Positions 50,388-62,277 are shown, counted from the first letter of the stretch. The stretch is 62,277 bases of DNA from Diadema antillarum (GCF_040938485.1 NW_027271651.1:248001-310277); one strand, 5' to 3'. Numbers and translations are program-made. Notes: generated by a model from the sequence alone, not told the origin.

Positions 50388-50598
50388 CTGTACGAGCTGA
50401 AATCTTTGCGGTGGTTTTATTTTCGTGAATTTCGCGAATTGCCTTTGAACTGTGAAATTAACAGCATGCGAAAATAACAATGCGCAAATAACTTAGTTCA
50501 GTTAGGCCCTCGCAACCGCGAAATTAACAACACGTGAAAATGTCCTCCAAGTAGCAATTCGCGAAAACATCTGTACTCGAAAATTTCAGCTCGTACAG
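50388..50598. mobile_element. TA-flanked Tc1/mariner-like MITE
   Basis: TA-CTGTACGAGCTGAAAT ... ATTTCAGCTCGTACAG-TA; perfect 16-bp TIR. Confidence 0.85.
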
Positions 50599-51723
50599 TA
50601 TAACAAATATCGCCCTGTCTATCATTTCAATATACTGTATAACAATTAATGGTTCCTTGGGAGTTGTCTTTCCCTCTCGAGACATTTTCCCTCAGCACTG
50701 AACAATACCGAAAGAATTAATCCCTTGAAGAAAATATAACTTCCATGGGGATGTAACATGCAATATCACACCTTTAAAATGGGAATATCTGTATTGTATC
50801 ATCTGGTAGAGGGTCTTCTGAACAGTTGACATCTAGTTAAGAATTGGATAAACGCAGTCACATGATACTAGTATCTGGAGTATTTGGTATGTTTGTCCGT
50901 GGACAGAACATATTGAAATGTCATGTCCTATGTGTGCCTCTTTTACTCAATGGTAGTATGTTGCAATACCTCATATTCTTTAACTGTGTTTGATAAGACA
51001 AATGGCCAGTACAGGGAAAGTGTCGGAACACTTCTTAGCGCACAATCCAACTTAACATTCAGTGAAGAGTCGGGTGAAAGTCAGACAAACTCGTCTGTTT
51101 AACACACATCCTGGAAAACAGGAGAAGGATAACAACTAACGATCATTTGTGGTTCTTCCAAGGTAACATTAAACAGTCAGTGACCAGGAACCAAGAACTA
51201 GGAACAGGTGCACCATGCAAGAAGAGTTATAAAAAAAATCACTAGTGCTTCAGAAGGAGTAAAGCATGACTGAAAGCCATGCATAAGTTGTTAACAGATT
51301 TGGATGAAACTTAACAGGGAAGGTTGAGAATGACACAAGTAACAGATTAAATTTTGGTAGTGATCCTAGAATTTTTGGGAAATTTATGAAGGATTTTTGA
51401 TATTTTGGCCGGTAGGGTCAATGAACTTGGGAGTTCAAAGCTGCATATTTTTGAGGTTTTCATATGTGCACTAAAGTGCATGCTCTAGTTTCTGGTCCAG
51501 GGAGAGGCGCGCCACGCAGCTGGCATTGATGACATAACAAAAGGCTTCTATTTTGAGAAATCTGGCAATTTTCAGCATGCATACGTATGGGTAGAAATCA
51601 CTGATCTCTATGGAAGAACAAATCAGCAGTTGAAATGAGCTGAGAGTGCTTCTCTAGTTAGGTCATGTTTTGTACACTAGTCGGGCTAAATGGCTGGCAT
51701 TGCAGACAAAGTGATCCAATTAA

Positions 51724-51804
51724 CCCATTGAGGACGAGTCCCGAGTATAATTGGGCAAGCACGGGAAACATGTGTTGTAGCAAAGTCAAACCATCCTCAA
51801 TGGG
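51724..51804. mobile_element. ~80-bp piggyBac-like mini-MITE, copy 2
   Basis: TTAA-CCCATTGAGGA ... TCCTCAATGGG-TTGA. Confidence 0.75.
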
Positions 51805-52477
51805 TTGAGAGGCACTTCCTGCCTATGATACGGAACAATTTCTGTAATGACTTTGATGGTCAGACACCATTACTGTCACCCTATGAGTATCTATTTGCCT
51901 CCCTGATCTTGGTGACTTAGCGGGTGAGTTTACGGGCTATGTTTTTAAATGTGTGTCGAATGTATGCACAAAGCTGATAAGAAGTTAATAGAGTTAGTTG
52001 CAATTACTGCTCAATTATCTTGGTACCACAAAGTAAACAGAAGTATGCAATCTCTTCATGACTTCTACTTCTGTCTTATTTATCACAGAAAGGGAGAAAA
52101 AGAGAGATTGAGAGAGGGGAGAGTGATTTGTGACTCATGGTTACAGGCAGCGTGATCTCCTTGATACAATAATGTGATTTAAATTCCGATAGCCCTCCAT
52201 AATTGTTATGTAGACATAATTCCATATATAGATATTTATTTTGATTGCATAGATTAGCTCTCACTGTGAACATTGATGAATTTCAGAGTATAAATTGGTT
52301 GCCTGGTGTATATCCCTCTTAATTCTTTTTAATTTCCCCTTTCATATTTTTTAATAGATGAAAGTGAATGAGTTATGTTAATACTGCAGCTAATATTGAT
52401 AATAATGAAAAAGAAAGAAACATAGTTATTAAAGGTTCCAAGCAATAATGATCCACAAAATCCAAAGATAACGGTAA

Positions 52478-53172
52478 AACTAGAAATGTCGCTATGTGCG
52501 ACTGGTATGCCTCCACCATAATGCATGATTCTCCTAATAGGTCTATAGTACATGTGGACAATGTGTGATTATATTTTCACAAAATTTGCAAAATATTGAA
52601 ATGACATGTTTGTCACAAGTATATTGAATGCTTACCTTCCTTGACCTATGTTTAATTGGATGAATAGGAAAGCATGTATTTGGGGATTTAAGAACTTTAA
52701 CTTGACTTTGACACTTTCATAAGTTTATGCACTGAGTAATTTTCAAGGTATGGAGAAATTAAACTTTAGTTTATGGGTCTAACATCTGTAATATTATAAA
52801 AATATTTTATTTTTGTTATATCATAAGGACCTTTGTGACCTTTGACCTTTGACCCCAATATACCAGTGAATATTTGTCTTGTCATACTCTACCCTCACAC
52901 CAAGCTAAATGTTCATGTCTCATAGTATGTAAAATACTGTACCAAAAGGTTTTTTTTCACAAAATAACCTGTGACCTTTGACCTTTGACCCCATGACCCT
53001 AAAATCTAAACAAAGTATTATCCCCCCAGGATATACCCCATACCAAGTTTGATGTAAAACCACCACACGGTTCTTGAGATATCGACAAAAACAAAACGGG
53101 ACAGACGTACGGACGGACGGAAGACCCGAAAACATAATGCCTCCGGCCACTTCGTTGGCGGAGGCATAAAAA
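52478..53172 (+). mobile_element. Non-autonomous Helitron/Helentron (HINE-like) element
   Basis: 5' AACTAGAAATGTCGC..TATGCCTCC, internal TGACCTTTGACC repeats, a GACG microsatellite, and a 3' hairpin ATGCCTCCGGCCA-CTTCGT-TGGCGGAGGCAT (53137-53167) followed by an A run. Confidence 0.7.
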
Positions 53173-53959
53173 TGAACAATTGTTGATGCAGATGAGGCAA
53201 GTCACATTTGAGATTTGAGACTGCAGTTACCAATGCATACATGTACATGTGGTAAAGTGTGACTCTTTGTGAATACATGAGCCTTCCCAGTGCCCAGGCA
53301 TTTAGCTTAATTTGACCAGCTTTTTCATCAGTATTCAGTATTGGCAATCCATTAGAACTTGACCTACCTCACTGTAGATTAGAAAGCCCACTCAGGTGTA
53401 TCAAAGCACCTCCGATCAGTCAACAGGGAGGCCATGGTGACACAAAAGGGATTAGGGGGATTAGGTAATCTCTGTTCATTGACAATTGCTTTTCAGACCA
53501 ACGGCGTAAATCCGTACTGAGGAGTGGGGGGGATGATCGCCGATAGTCAGGTCACCATCACCACTATTACAAGCCCAACTGGACCNNNNNNNNNNNNNNN
53601 NNNNNNNNNNNNNNNNNNNNNNNNNNNNNNNNNNNNNNNNNNNNNNNNNNNNNNNNNNNNNNNNNNNNNNNNNNNNNNNNNNNNNNNNNNNNNNNNNNNN
53701 NNNNNNNNNNNNNNNNNNNNNNNNNNNNNNNNNNNNNNNNNNNNNNNNNNTCAAGACATAAGGGGGCACCTCGTGGAATAGTAATTTTCAGGGTGTGTAT
53801 GCTTATGCGTGCTTGCGTGTGTATGTGTGTGTGCGCGTGTGTGCGTGCGCTGTCAGTCTACAAACTTAATCAATACATAACGATATGTCATACATTCCAC
53901 AGCGCAGTCATTGAGCAACATTGTAAGTTTTTTAGAATGACGGTGGGAAACAACAAATT

Positions 53960-56410
53960 ACTTGGAGCAACATTGGGAGAATTGCATGAAAATTAAATGC
54001 GAGCGAGCGTTGAAAATTTTGACATTTTACAGTACAAAAAACTGCCGTTTGCAGCTATATTTTTTCGCTTTTGAAATTAAGGGGGTTGCGCACCGGGCTC
54101 AACTGCTGGCAATTACCGGCAGCAACATCAGGAGATCGGCATAACCATTAAATGCGAGCGAGCGAAGCGAGCGAGCTTGAAAATTTTGACATTTTACAGT
54201 CCAAAAACTGCCGTTTGTAACAATATTTTTTCGCTTTGGATATCAAGAAGGAGGAGAGGGGCGCACCGGGCGCAACTGCTGGCATTTACTGGCAGCAACG
54301 ATTAAATGCGAGCGAGCTTGAAATTTTGACATATTACAGTCCCAAAACTGCCGTTTGTAGCTATATTTTTTTGCTTTGGATATTAAGGGGGGCGCAACGA
54401 GCGTAACTGTTGCCAGTTACTTGCAGCAACATCAGGAGAATAGCATATAACGATTTAATGCGAGCGAGCGAAGCGAACGAGCTTGAAAATTTTGACATTC
54501 TAAAACCACAAAACTGCCGTTTGCAGCTATACTTATTCGCCTTGGAAATTAAGGGGGGGGGCACCGGGCAACTGCTGGCGATTACTGGCAGCAACATCGG
54601 GAGAATAGCATAACGATTAAATGCGAGCGAGCGAAGCGAGCGAGCTTGAAAATTTTGACATTTTACAGTCGCAAAACTACCGTTTGTAGCTTAATTTTTC
54701 GCTTTGGAAATTAAGGGGGGCGCACCGGGCGCAACTGATGGCAGTTACTGGCAGCAACATCAGGAGAATGGCATAACGATTAATTGCGAGCGAGCAAAGC
54801 GAGCGAGCGTGAAAATTTTGACATCTTGAAGTCCAAAAATTACCGTTTGTAGCTATACATTTTCGCTTTGGAAATTAAGGGGGCGCACCGGGTGCAACTG
54901 TGGGCAATTACTGGCAACAACATCGGGAGAATAGCATAACGATTAAATGCGAGCGAGCGAAGCGAGTGAGCTTGAAAATTTTGACATTTTACAGTCGCAA
55001 AACTACTGTTTGTAGCTTCATTTTTTCGCTTTGGAAATTAAGGGGGGGGGAGAACCGGGCGCAACAGCTGGCAGTCACTGGCAGCAACATCAGGAGAATG
55101 GCATAACGATTAAATGCGAGCGAGCAAAGCGAGCGAGCTTGAAAATTTTGACATTTTACAGTCGCAAAACTACTGTTTGTAGCTTCATTTTTTCGCTTTA
55201 GAAATTAAGGGGGGGGGGAGAACCAGGCGCAACTGATGGCAGTTACTGGCAGCAACATCAGGAGACTGGCATAACGATTAAATGCGAGCGAGCAAAGCGA
55301 GCGAGCTTGAAAATTTTGACATCTTAAAGTCCCAAAACTACCGTTTGTAGCTATACATTTTCGCTTTGGAAATTAAGGGGGCGCAACGGGTGCAACTGTG
55401 GGCAATTACTGGCAGCAACATCGGGAGAGTAGCATAACGATTAAATGCGAGCGAGCAAAGCGAGCGAGCTTGAAAATTTTGACATTTTACAGTCGCAACC
55501 CCCCGTTTGTAGCTTTATTCTTTCGCTTTGGAAATTAAGGGGGGGGGGGGAACCGGGCGCAACAGCTGGCAGTTACTGGCAGCAACATCAGGAAAATGGC
55601 ATAACGATTAAATGCGAGCGAGCAAAGCGAGGGAGCTTGAAAATCTTGACATTTTAAAGTCCAAAAACTACCGTTTGTATAGCTATACATTTTCGCTTTA
55701 TTTATTTATTTTTATTTATTTATTTCAATATTCTTTTAGCAGGGTAGCCCTTTCAGTTGGTTAACTGTTCTACCAAGGGGCCCTGCTCACATTATGTACA
55801 GATAAAAATGTCATGATCATCAAAGTAAAGTACAAACAATGAAATAACTTATACTACAAATGAACCACTACACCAAAACAAATATACAAACAAACTCAAA
55901 CATTGATACAATTACAGCTTAATAACAGCTTGATAGGGCAATCGGAAAAGTATTGCCACTTCACCTACCCCCCCCCCCCCTATTGTTATCATACAATGTC
56001 ATCAAATGTCATCAAATTTCGCTTTGGAAATTAAGGGGGCGCACCGGGTGCAACTGTGGGCAATTACTGGCAGCAACATCGGGAGAATAGCATTGCGATT
56101 AAATGCGAGCGAGCGAGCTTACAAATTTTGACATTTTACAGTACAAAAACTGCCGTTTGTAGCTATATTTTTTCGCCTTTGAAATTAGGGGGGGGGGCGC
56201 AACGGGCGCAACTGCTGTCAGTTACTGGCAGCAACATTAGGAGAATGGCTTAACGATTAAATGCGAGCGAGCGCAGCGAGGGAGCTTGGAAATTTTGACA
56301 TTTTACAGTCCAAAAACTGCCGTTTGTAGCTATTTTTTTCGCTTTGGAACTTTAGGGGGAGGGGGGCACAACGGGCGCAACTGCTGGCATTTACTGGCAG
56401 CAACATCTGG
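53960..56410 (+). repeat. ~13-14 tandem copies of a ~163-168-bp unit
   Basis: Anchor ATTAAATGCGAGCGAGC at about 53992, 54148, 54301, 54453, 54616, 54779, 54942, 55109, 55277, 55440, 55607, 56098 and 56257. Confidence 0.95.
55700..56016 (-). mobile_element. Retroposon (LINE/SINE) 3'-end fragment inserted into a satellite unit
   Basis: On the - strand it ends in a (TAAA)n tail. It is flanked by the 9-bp duplication TTTCGCTTT (55691-99 and 56017-25), and the satellite unit resumes exactly after it. Confidence 0.8.
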
Positions 56411-57111
56411 ATTTTTTTATTTTTTTTTTTTTTTTTGGGGGGGGGGGGAACCCTCCGTTAATTGAAGGTATCTAAATATCTCCACCCACGGAACTTTTGC
56501 ATTTTTTGAAACTGAAGTAACAGACCTGGTGCACACTTTAGATGAAACATTTTAAAATATGTTAATCTAAAGTGTATTTAGTAGAAATTACAAGGACTGA
56601 ACGGGGAGGCATTGGGTAGGCCTAACTCCCTCTTACACGAGGGAGATTTGTATTATTTTGCAGAATTGAAATTCAGCCATCTTTGGATGAAATATTTAGA
56701 CAGTTTTCAATCAAAAAAGTAAGAACATTTCCACATCTCGGGAGTTACGAGGAGCAAAATGATATGTTTGTCCCCAATACTTTTATGAGGTACCATCCCC
56801 CCCCCCCCCCATCGACGCCTCTGCATATCATGAGGGAGCTTTTGTACGTGAAAGATCTGCTGCACGCTCTTTGATAAAATACTAGGAAATACGTCAATCT
56901 CAAAAGTGTTCAAAGTCTATCGAAAGGGATCCAGTAGCGGAGCTTTTGCATGCTTATAATTGCAATTCAACGATCTTGTGCATAGTTCTGGCGGTATTTG
57001 GACAATTTTCCACAAATAAAATTCAAGATTTGTCCTCATCTCGGGAATTGCTTGGGGGACAAATGATTTGTCTGCCCCAACACTTCCGCAGGGGTGGGGC
57101 AAATTCCTCTT

Positions 57112-57153
<42 letters not shown>

Positions 57154-57767
57154 AGATAGATTCGACGCCCCTGATCATCCCTGGGTATGCCCATAGATGT
57201 ATCAGAGTCATCATCGTTTCAGGAATGATTCAGGAAAATGGAGGGGGGTTCAATTATGGCGGTATGGTTTTGTTATTGTTTGTTTTCGTACATAATTTGC
57301 AGATGGCCCCGAGTTGCTGTCGTCATAGCATGTTTACATGTAAGCCTATGCTATTTGACGTTGTCAACGTCTGGACCATACCTTTATACACCTATGTGGA
57401 TATTACTTTCTTCGCGAGCGAGCGAAGCGAGCGAGCGCTTGAGAAAATTATGTATACATTATCCTACATACAAGATGGAATACTGTTCAGATCTGTTACC
57501 TCTCTGAAGGCGGGCGTACGAACGACGTGCAATAAAAATATATCCAAATTGATAAAAGCACATTTCTGCTTCCTCCATTTTTTCCCCTCAAATTTCAGGG
57601 GGGGATGATTGTACAGGCCATCCCCCCCTCCTCCATTTCAGGGGGGGATATATCCCCCCATCCCCCCCGGGATTTACGCCCATGTTTCAGACACCTGTGG
57701 CAACTGGAAAACAAAGCACACCAATGATTAGCCATTTCCGTCAATCCCAAGAATCATCTCCCCTCAC

Positions 57768-57918
57768 CTGAACATGGCAATAAGGATGTTGAGTAGGAGG
57801 ACGTTGCTGATCATCATGTAGACTGCAAGGAGTGCCACGCCCACCCGTGGGAACTCAGGGCACCGACGCACCCCCGCCATGATCAGGGTGGCATTGGTGG
57901 AACAGTCCGTGTCAGGTT
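57768..57918 (-). CDS. TRPM: TRPM exon (pore loop with two Cys, and S6)
   Basis: GTCACAG|AA...AG|GTGAGG. 151 nt, phase 1 to 2: PDTDCSTN...RRCPEFPRVGVALLAVYMMISNVLLLNILIAMF. Confidence 0.95.
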
Positions 57919-58870
57919 CTGTGACAGAGAGGCACACACACAGTAGCACTGCAACATTACAGTACAATACAAACAGATGTTGGTAAAATATATCTATGAC
58001 CTCCCAAACTACAAAAACCCGGTGGAGTCACAGACATTTTAAAGCTGGGAATGCTGTAAAATAATTTCACTTGGCTCAAAAGTGAGGATATTGGTTCTTC
58101 AATCATAAAACGTTTGATATCAACAGTACCTCCTGCCCCAGTTTCAAACTCTAGGAATTACTTTTGAATTTGAAACCTTTCCATTTTCACAGAGCAAGCT
58201 AGTGTGGTATTTTAAACTGTTGTGATACATCTTACTGTCTGATTTTTTAGGCAGATGACTTCATCTTAGCCTTGCAAGTAGCGTTTTCTTAAAGTTGTGT
58301 TTATCCAGGGAAGATTCATTACTATTTCTGCAGTACCAGGCAAATAGGTAGCTAGTTAGTCAATTAGTTAGTTAGTGAGTTAGTGAGTGAGTGAATGAGT
58401 TAGTTAGTTATTTAGTTAGTTACATGCAGTTAGTTAGTGAGTTAGTGAGTGAGTGAATGAGTTAGTTAGTTATTTAGTTAGTTACATGCAGTTAGTTAGT
58501 TAGTTAGTTAGTTAGTTTGTTTGTTTGTTTATTTGTGTGTTTTTGTTTGTTTGTTTATGTATTTATTTGTTTGTTTGTTTTTGGTTAATGTTGCTGTTAT
58601 CATTTGAAATAAAGTGGAAAATGTTCTCTATATCACTGGTCTAAATTGGAAAGTGTAAAGCCTATAAAATTTCGTAAAATTTCAAAATATCTTTACCTTC
58701 CTTAGAAATGTGATGTTTAGTAACCCTATTATATTTTAACTGTAATGGGTCTGCAATCACAGCAAAAACAACAACAAACTAAACAATTTGCCGATCAGGG
58801 CACCCTCAGCATCTTTATGGGTGTGTCAATACACAAATGTTACCAGTCATTCCTATTTATGCCCACCTAC

Positions 58871-59039
58871 CTGGATCCAGAAAGGTTTCACCAAACATGT
58901 GGAAGTATGCTTGGAACAGAACGCCCCTAGCCAGGGCGTCTGGGTCCGTGGTGTTGGGATAGAGAATGGCTTGGGATGCGATGCCGTATCCAATGAGAAA
59001 CACAAACAGAACTCCAAGAAAGTACCACAGATCATTCAG
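58871..59039 (-). CDS. TRPM: TRPM exon (S5 and pore helix)
   Basis: CTTACAG|CTG...G|GTAGGT. 169 nt: LNDLWYFLGVLFVFLIGYGIASQAILYPN...QAYFHMFGE. Confidence 0.95.
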
Positions 59040-59566
59040 CTGTAAGTAGGATTGTGTGCAGAAATACAGATTTATTGGCAAAAACATCCCATTATCATCT
59101 ATGCATGTACATCAGATTTGAACTGATTTATCACCTCATATTTCACACCAAACATCTCATAAGGCCAGACAGATTACATATATATTTACATATAACATAT
59201 GATCTTGTTTTCAGTGTAGAAACAGAAGAGCATAAATTGTGCTGTGAAAACTGAAGGGATTAGCACCTTTCTGATCCTCAACTGATGATATCACAGTGAA
59301 AGTTTATGTGTTCTTCTTCACATTCACTGTCCAGTAGCATGACAAAATTGCTGCCATGATGTGGACCATTAACCTTTTACCTTAGCATATGCTGCCAAAA
59401 AACCTATGCCACTGTGGCAATGGTAAGCTGGTTGAAGTGTTTGTTTAATTGTCGTTTACCGTCCATGAAATAAAAAACGTAAATTCATCTAACCTATCCA
59501 AGTATGAAAAAATAACTTTCACAGAAACTTCTACTCCTTCAGTAACTCCTTCTACAGCAATCATAC

Positions 59567-59819
59567 CATATTCCTGATCATGACAAGGAGGGGACCAGCG
59601 TACTGGTGGGCAGTGAAGAACTGTAGACAGAGTCCTGACGTAGAGTGCCATCAGTGTGACGGCCAGAACCACCCTGGCTGACCCCAAGCTGGCGGCGGTC
59701 AGCTTCAGGACCATCCCCAGGGAAAAGCCCAGGAGGGTCAGGAGGTCCACTTGGTTCCAGGTGTCAGAGATCCAGGCCTTGGCTCGCTGTGACCAGGTGA
59801 GGGACCATCCTGCCTGGAT
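59567..59819 (-). pseudogene. TRPM: TRPM exon (S3, S4, S4-S5 linker) with a 4-nt frameshifting insertion
   Basis: CCATCAG|ATC...ATG|GTATGA. 253 nt between two phase-0 junctions. Removing 59624-59627 restores ...WNQVDLLTLL...LYVRTL-QFFTAHQYAGPLLVMIRNM. Confidence 0.75.
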
Positions 59820-60228
59820 CTGATGGACCGAGATGTGCAAAATACATACATTTTATGTGCTACATCAACACCCAACATAAACACCGAAATGAAAGAGTTC
59901 CACACACAAGATTTGTACTTTGCCCTATCAATTGATACAATGTATGTCAACAATCTCACTCAAACCTCACTCCAACTGACCAGAATTGAGCACTGGGTTC
60001 GCAGTTGTTATGATTACTGATTGACTTCAAGATTAGTATTGATGGTCGTGTGTTAGCTTACAGTGCTAAGAATTTTGTCACTGAAAGATATTTTGCACAC
60101 ACATATACTACCATTACTAATGACTTCTTATTTTGAATCTTAGAAGGGGATTGGAAAAAAAAGATGGAGGGGGTGGTTGGGTGTTCCCCATGGCATGGTC
60201 ATTATGGCCATCAAAAATTTGACTCCAC

Positions 60229-60357
60229 CTGGTCAAACTCTCTGAGGTAGAGGGCACCAACCCAGACGATGAGAACGATGTCAGCTGCGGAGGTCTGGAG
60301 GTTGAACTGGCAGAGGAGGATGTAGCTGTACAGAATAAGGAAGATAACATTCGAGAT
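60229..60357 (-). CDS. TRPM: TRPM exon (S1-S2)
   Basis: GGCACAG|ATC...CAG|GTGGAG. 129 nt, phase 0 to 0: ISNVIFLILYSYILLCQF...IVLIVWVGALYLREFDQ. Confidence 0.9.
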
Positions 60358-60854
60358 CTGTGCCAGAATGAAATGAGAGAAAAACAGAGAGATAGAGAGT
60401 GACTTTGAGAGATAAAGAGATATGGAGATTGTCAACCATGCATTCATGTGGCAACTCCATGTCATCAACTATTAACATTTTGAAGAATTCTTACCCATGT
60501 CCAAATGTGCTTTCTAGGCACCAGTACTGTATATATAATTGATAGTCAACTAGTCTCATTGAAATTGAATCAATGACACTTGATAGACAGACCTTCAGTA
60601 ATACTAAAGTACAGCCATTTAAAGTGGTTCAAACAAGAACAAACTCACCTCCATGTTACTCTTTTCTATTTTCACTCGCATCTCTCTTTCTTTCTCTTTA
60701 TCAGTCACCCTCTTCATAAAAAAAAGAAATATGTATTTCTAATTAAGAAGATGCATGTTCTAAGACTTTGTCTGTTAAAATCCCAATGTCATGGCCACTG
60801 AATTAGTGTTCAAATCAGTCAAAAACTGAAACAAATCTGATACTCTATGTTTAA

Positions 60855-61357
60855 AGGACAAGTCCACCTTCATATCATGCCGTCAATCCCTCGTTTGAGG
60901 CGAGACCCCACTTCCCACGAAGCTGATGGGGTGCTATACCTCGCTAAAGATTTTTCGTTTGGGAGTTGGGAGTCGAAGTATTTGTCTATTGCAAATTAAC
61001 TTTCTGCTCAGGCGTGACAAACCTGGAGGCCAAGCCAGGGTTTAATGACTCCAGCAGCTGTCGTATTACGTAAGAGCATGATAAGGATATGTGCCTGTGG
61101 CAGACCATTCAAAGTGAACTCAATTTTCTCTATCCTTTCTAAAGTTTTCAATTTTATATTCTATTGAGAAATTCTATGGTCATCCATTTTACACTTCGAA
61201 CGAAAAAAATTGACCCGTAAATAACGAAAATACAGGAATAAGAAGGAGAGCATTGCCAGTTTGCCGGTGCTGACAATGTGTAATGCACACGTACACACAC
61301 ACGCACCATGGAGCTACATAGCCCATGCCAAAACCAAAACAATCTCCTCCTCTCGCG

Positions 61358-61418
<61 letters not shown>

Positions 61419-62106
61419 TCGGCGCTGTGGCGATGACTGATGCATAGATTAGGCCAGAGTCAAGAAACAGGTGTTTTATATCTTTGGTTCTTAAGTCATT
61501 GATTGCCAAGATATACACTGGCATTATTTACGGGGGTGTAGCCTCTTCAAATGAGAGATTTGCGTCATGACATGTGGATTGAGTGAATGCAGCAATATTA
61601 GTAGAACACATCAGTGAAAGTTTGGGGAAAATCGGACAATCCGTTCAAAAGTTAGGAATTTTTAAAGTATCTGCGTAGTCACTGCTGGATCAGAAGACTA
61701 CTATAGTGTATGATGTCATATGCATACAACCATATAAAGAAAATAAAAAGAGAATTTCACAAAACTTTACTTTTTGAATTAAGTGCACATTTCTTCGACT
61801 TGTTACTGACATATGTTAAGGGTAAATATTATCCCCCTGCCTTCTGAAAGAGAGAAGTCAAGTGTTCTTTTGTTATGCGAGAAAAGTGAGAATATGTTGA
61901 ATTTCTTTATTCTTACTTTATATCGTTGTACTCATGTGACATCACAAGCTATAGTAGTCTTCTCATCCAGCCTTGAGTGAGCAGAAACTTCAAAAATTCA
62001 TAACTTTTGAACGGATTGTCCGATTTTCCTCAAACTCTTAATGATGTGCTCTACTAATATTGCTGCATTCACTCAACCCACATGTCTATGAAGGTGAACT
62101 TGTCCT
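60855..62106. mobile_element. Kolobok-like MITE (TTAA TSD) with a nested TIR element at ~60875-61570
   Basis: TTAA-AGGACAAGTCCACCTTCATA ... TATGAAGGTGAACTTGTCCT-TTAA. The left arm resumes at ~61570 (CATGTGGATTGAGTGAATGCAGC) after an insert with imperfect TIRs TCATG.CG..AATC.CTC.TTTGA. Confidence 0.8.
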
Positions 62107-62277
62107 TTAACTGCAGAGGGTTGCTGAGAGCAGATTGTACCATGTAAATCAGAGTATCTGGTAATAAATTGACATTTCATTACATGCATGTATACAAGAA
62201 GCATTTGATTTGAAATATTCTATCCTATAAAATCATCAGGAGTAGCCACTAGACAGCATCTTCTCTCTCTACGAACA

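Larger units (their letters stand above)
53499..57684. mobile_element. 4.2-kb non-autonomous hAT-like element carrying a satellite array
   Basis: TIRs CAACGGCGTAAATCC / GGATTTACGCCCATG (13/15 match) and a perfect 8-bp TSD TTTCAGAC (53491-98 and 57685-92). Confidence 0.8.

Noticed and set aside
54361-56253. Series of similar 65-78 aa ORFs (MGNYWQQHREN..., etc.)
   Set aside because: These are translations of satellite monomers with frame-shifting poly-G tracts, not a gene family.
53960-56410. Regularly spaced repeats as a possible CRISPR array
   Set aside because: The whole unit is repeated with no unique spacers, the context is a eukaryotic intron, and there are no cas genes.
56946-57608. 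220-aa ORF with a poly-Pro run
   Set aside because: It derives from a poly-C tract within nested transposon sequence.

Overview
Eukaryotic, AT-rich, intron- and repeat-rich animal DNA with four short N gaps. The repeat landscape resembles a marine invertebrate, possibly an echinoderm (inference only). There are three protein-coding loci. (1) + strand 2872-3605: the last exon of a gene that starts outside the window, encoding an acidic low-complexity tail rich in YxxL/V motifs. (2) + strand 22443-40684: a complete 7-exon, 842-aa type I membrane protein that I assembled by hand with every splice phase consistent. It has a signal peptide, a 12-Cys ectodomain I do not recognise, a P/T/S stalk, one TM helix and a ~585-aa disordered tail with 25 Tyr (11 YxxL/I/V). 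Its tail shares specific motifs with locus 1, so the two look like neighbouring members of an uncharacterised phosphotyrosine-signalling (ITIM/ITAM-like) receptor family; this is the best candidate for a new system. (3) - strand 60357 to ~46900: the 3' half of a TRPM channel gene (S1-S6, TRP box, coiled coil), with a 4-nt frameshifting insertion at the end of S4 and one GC-AG intron. The rest is dominated by non-autonomous transposons. The most notable is a 4.2-kb element with an 8-bp TSD that carries a ~165-bp satellite with a nascent trimeric higher-order repeat. Also present are a 5'-truncated CR1/L2-group LINE, a tandem tRNA-Thr-derived repeat and many MITEs with 2-, 4-, 5-, 7- and 8-bp TSDs.
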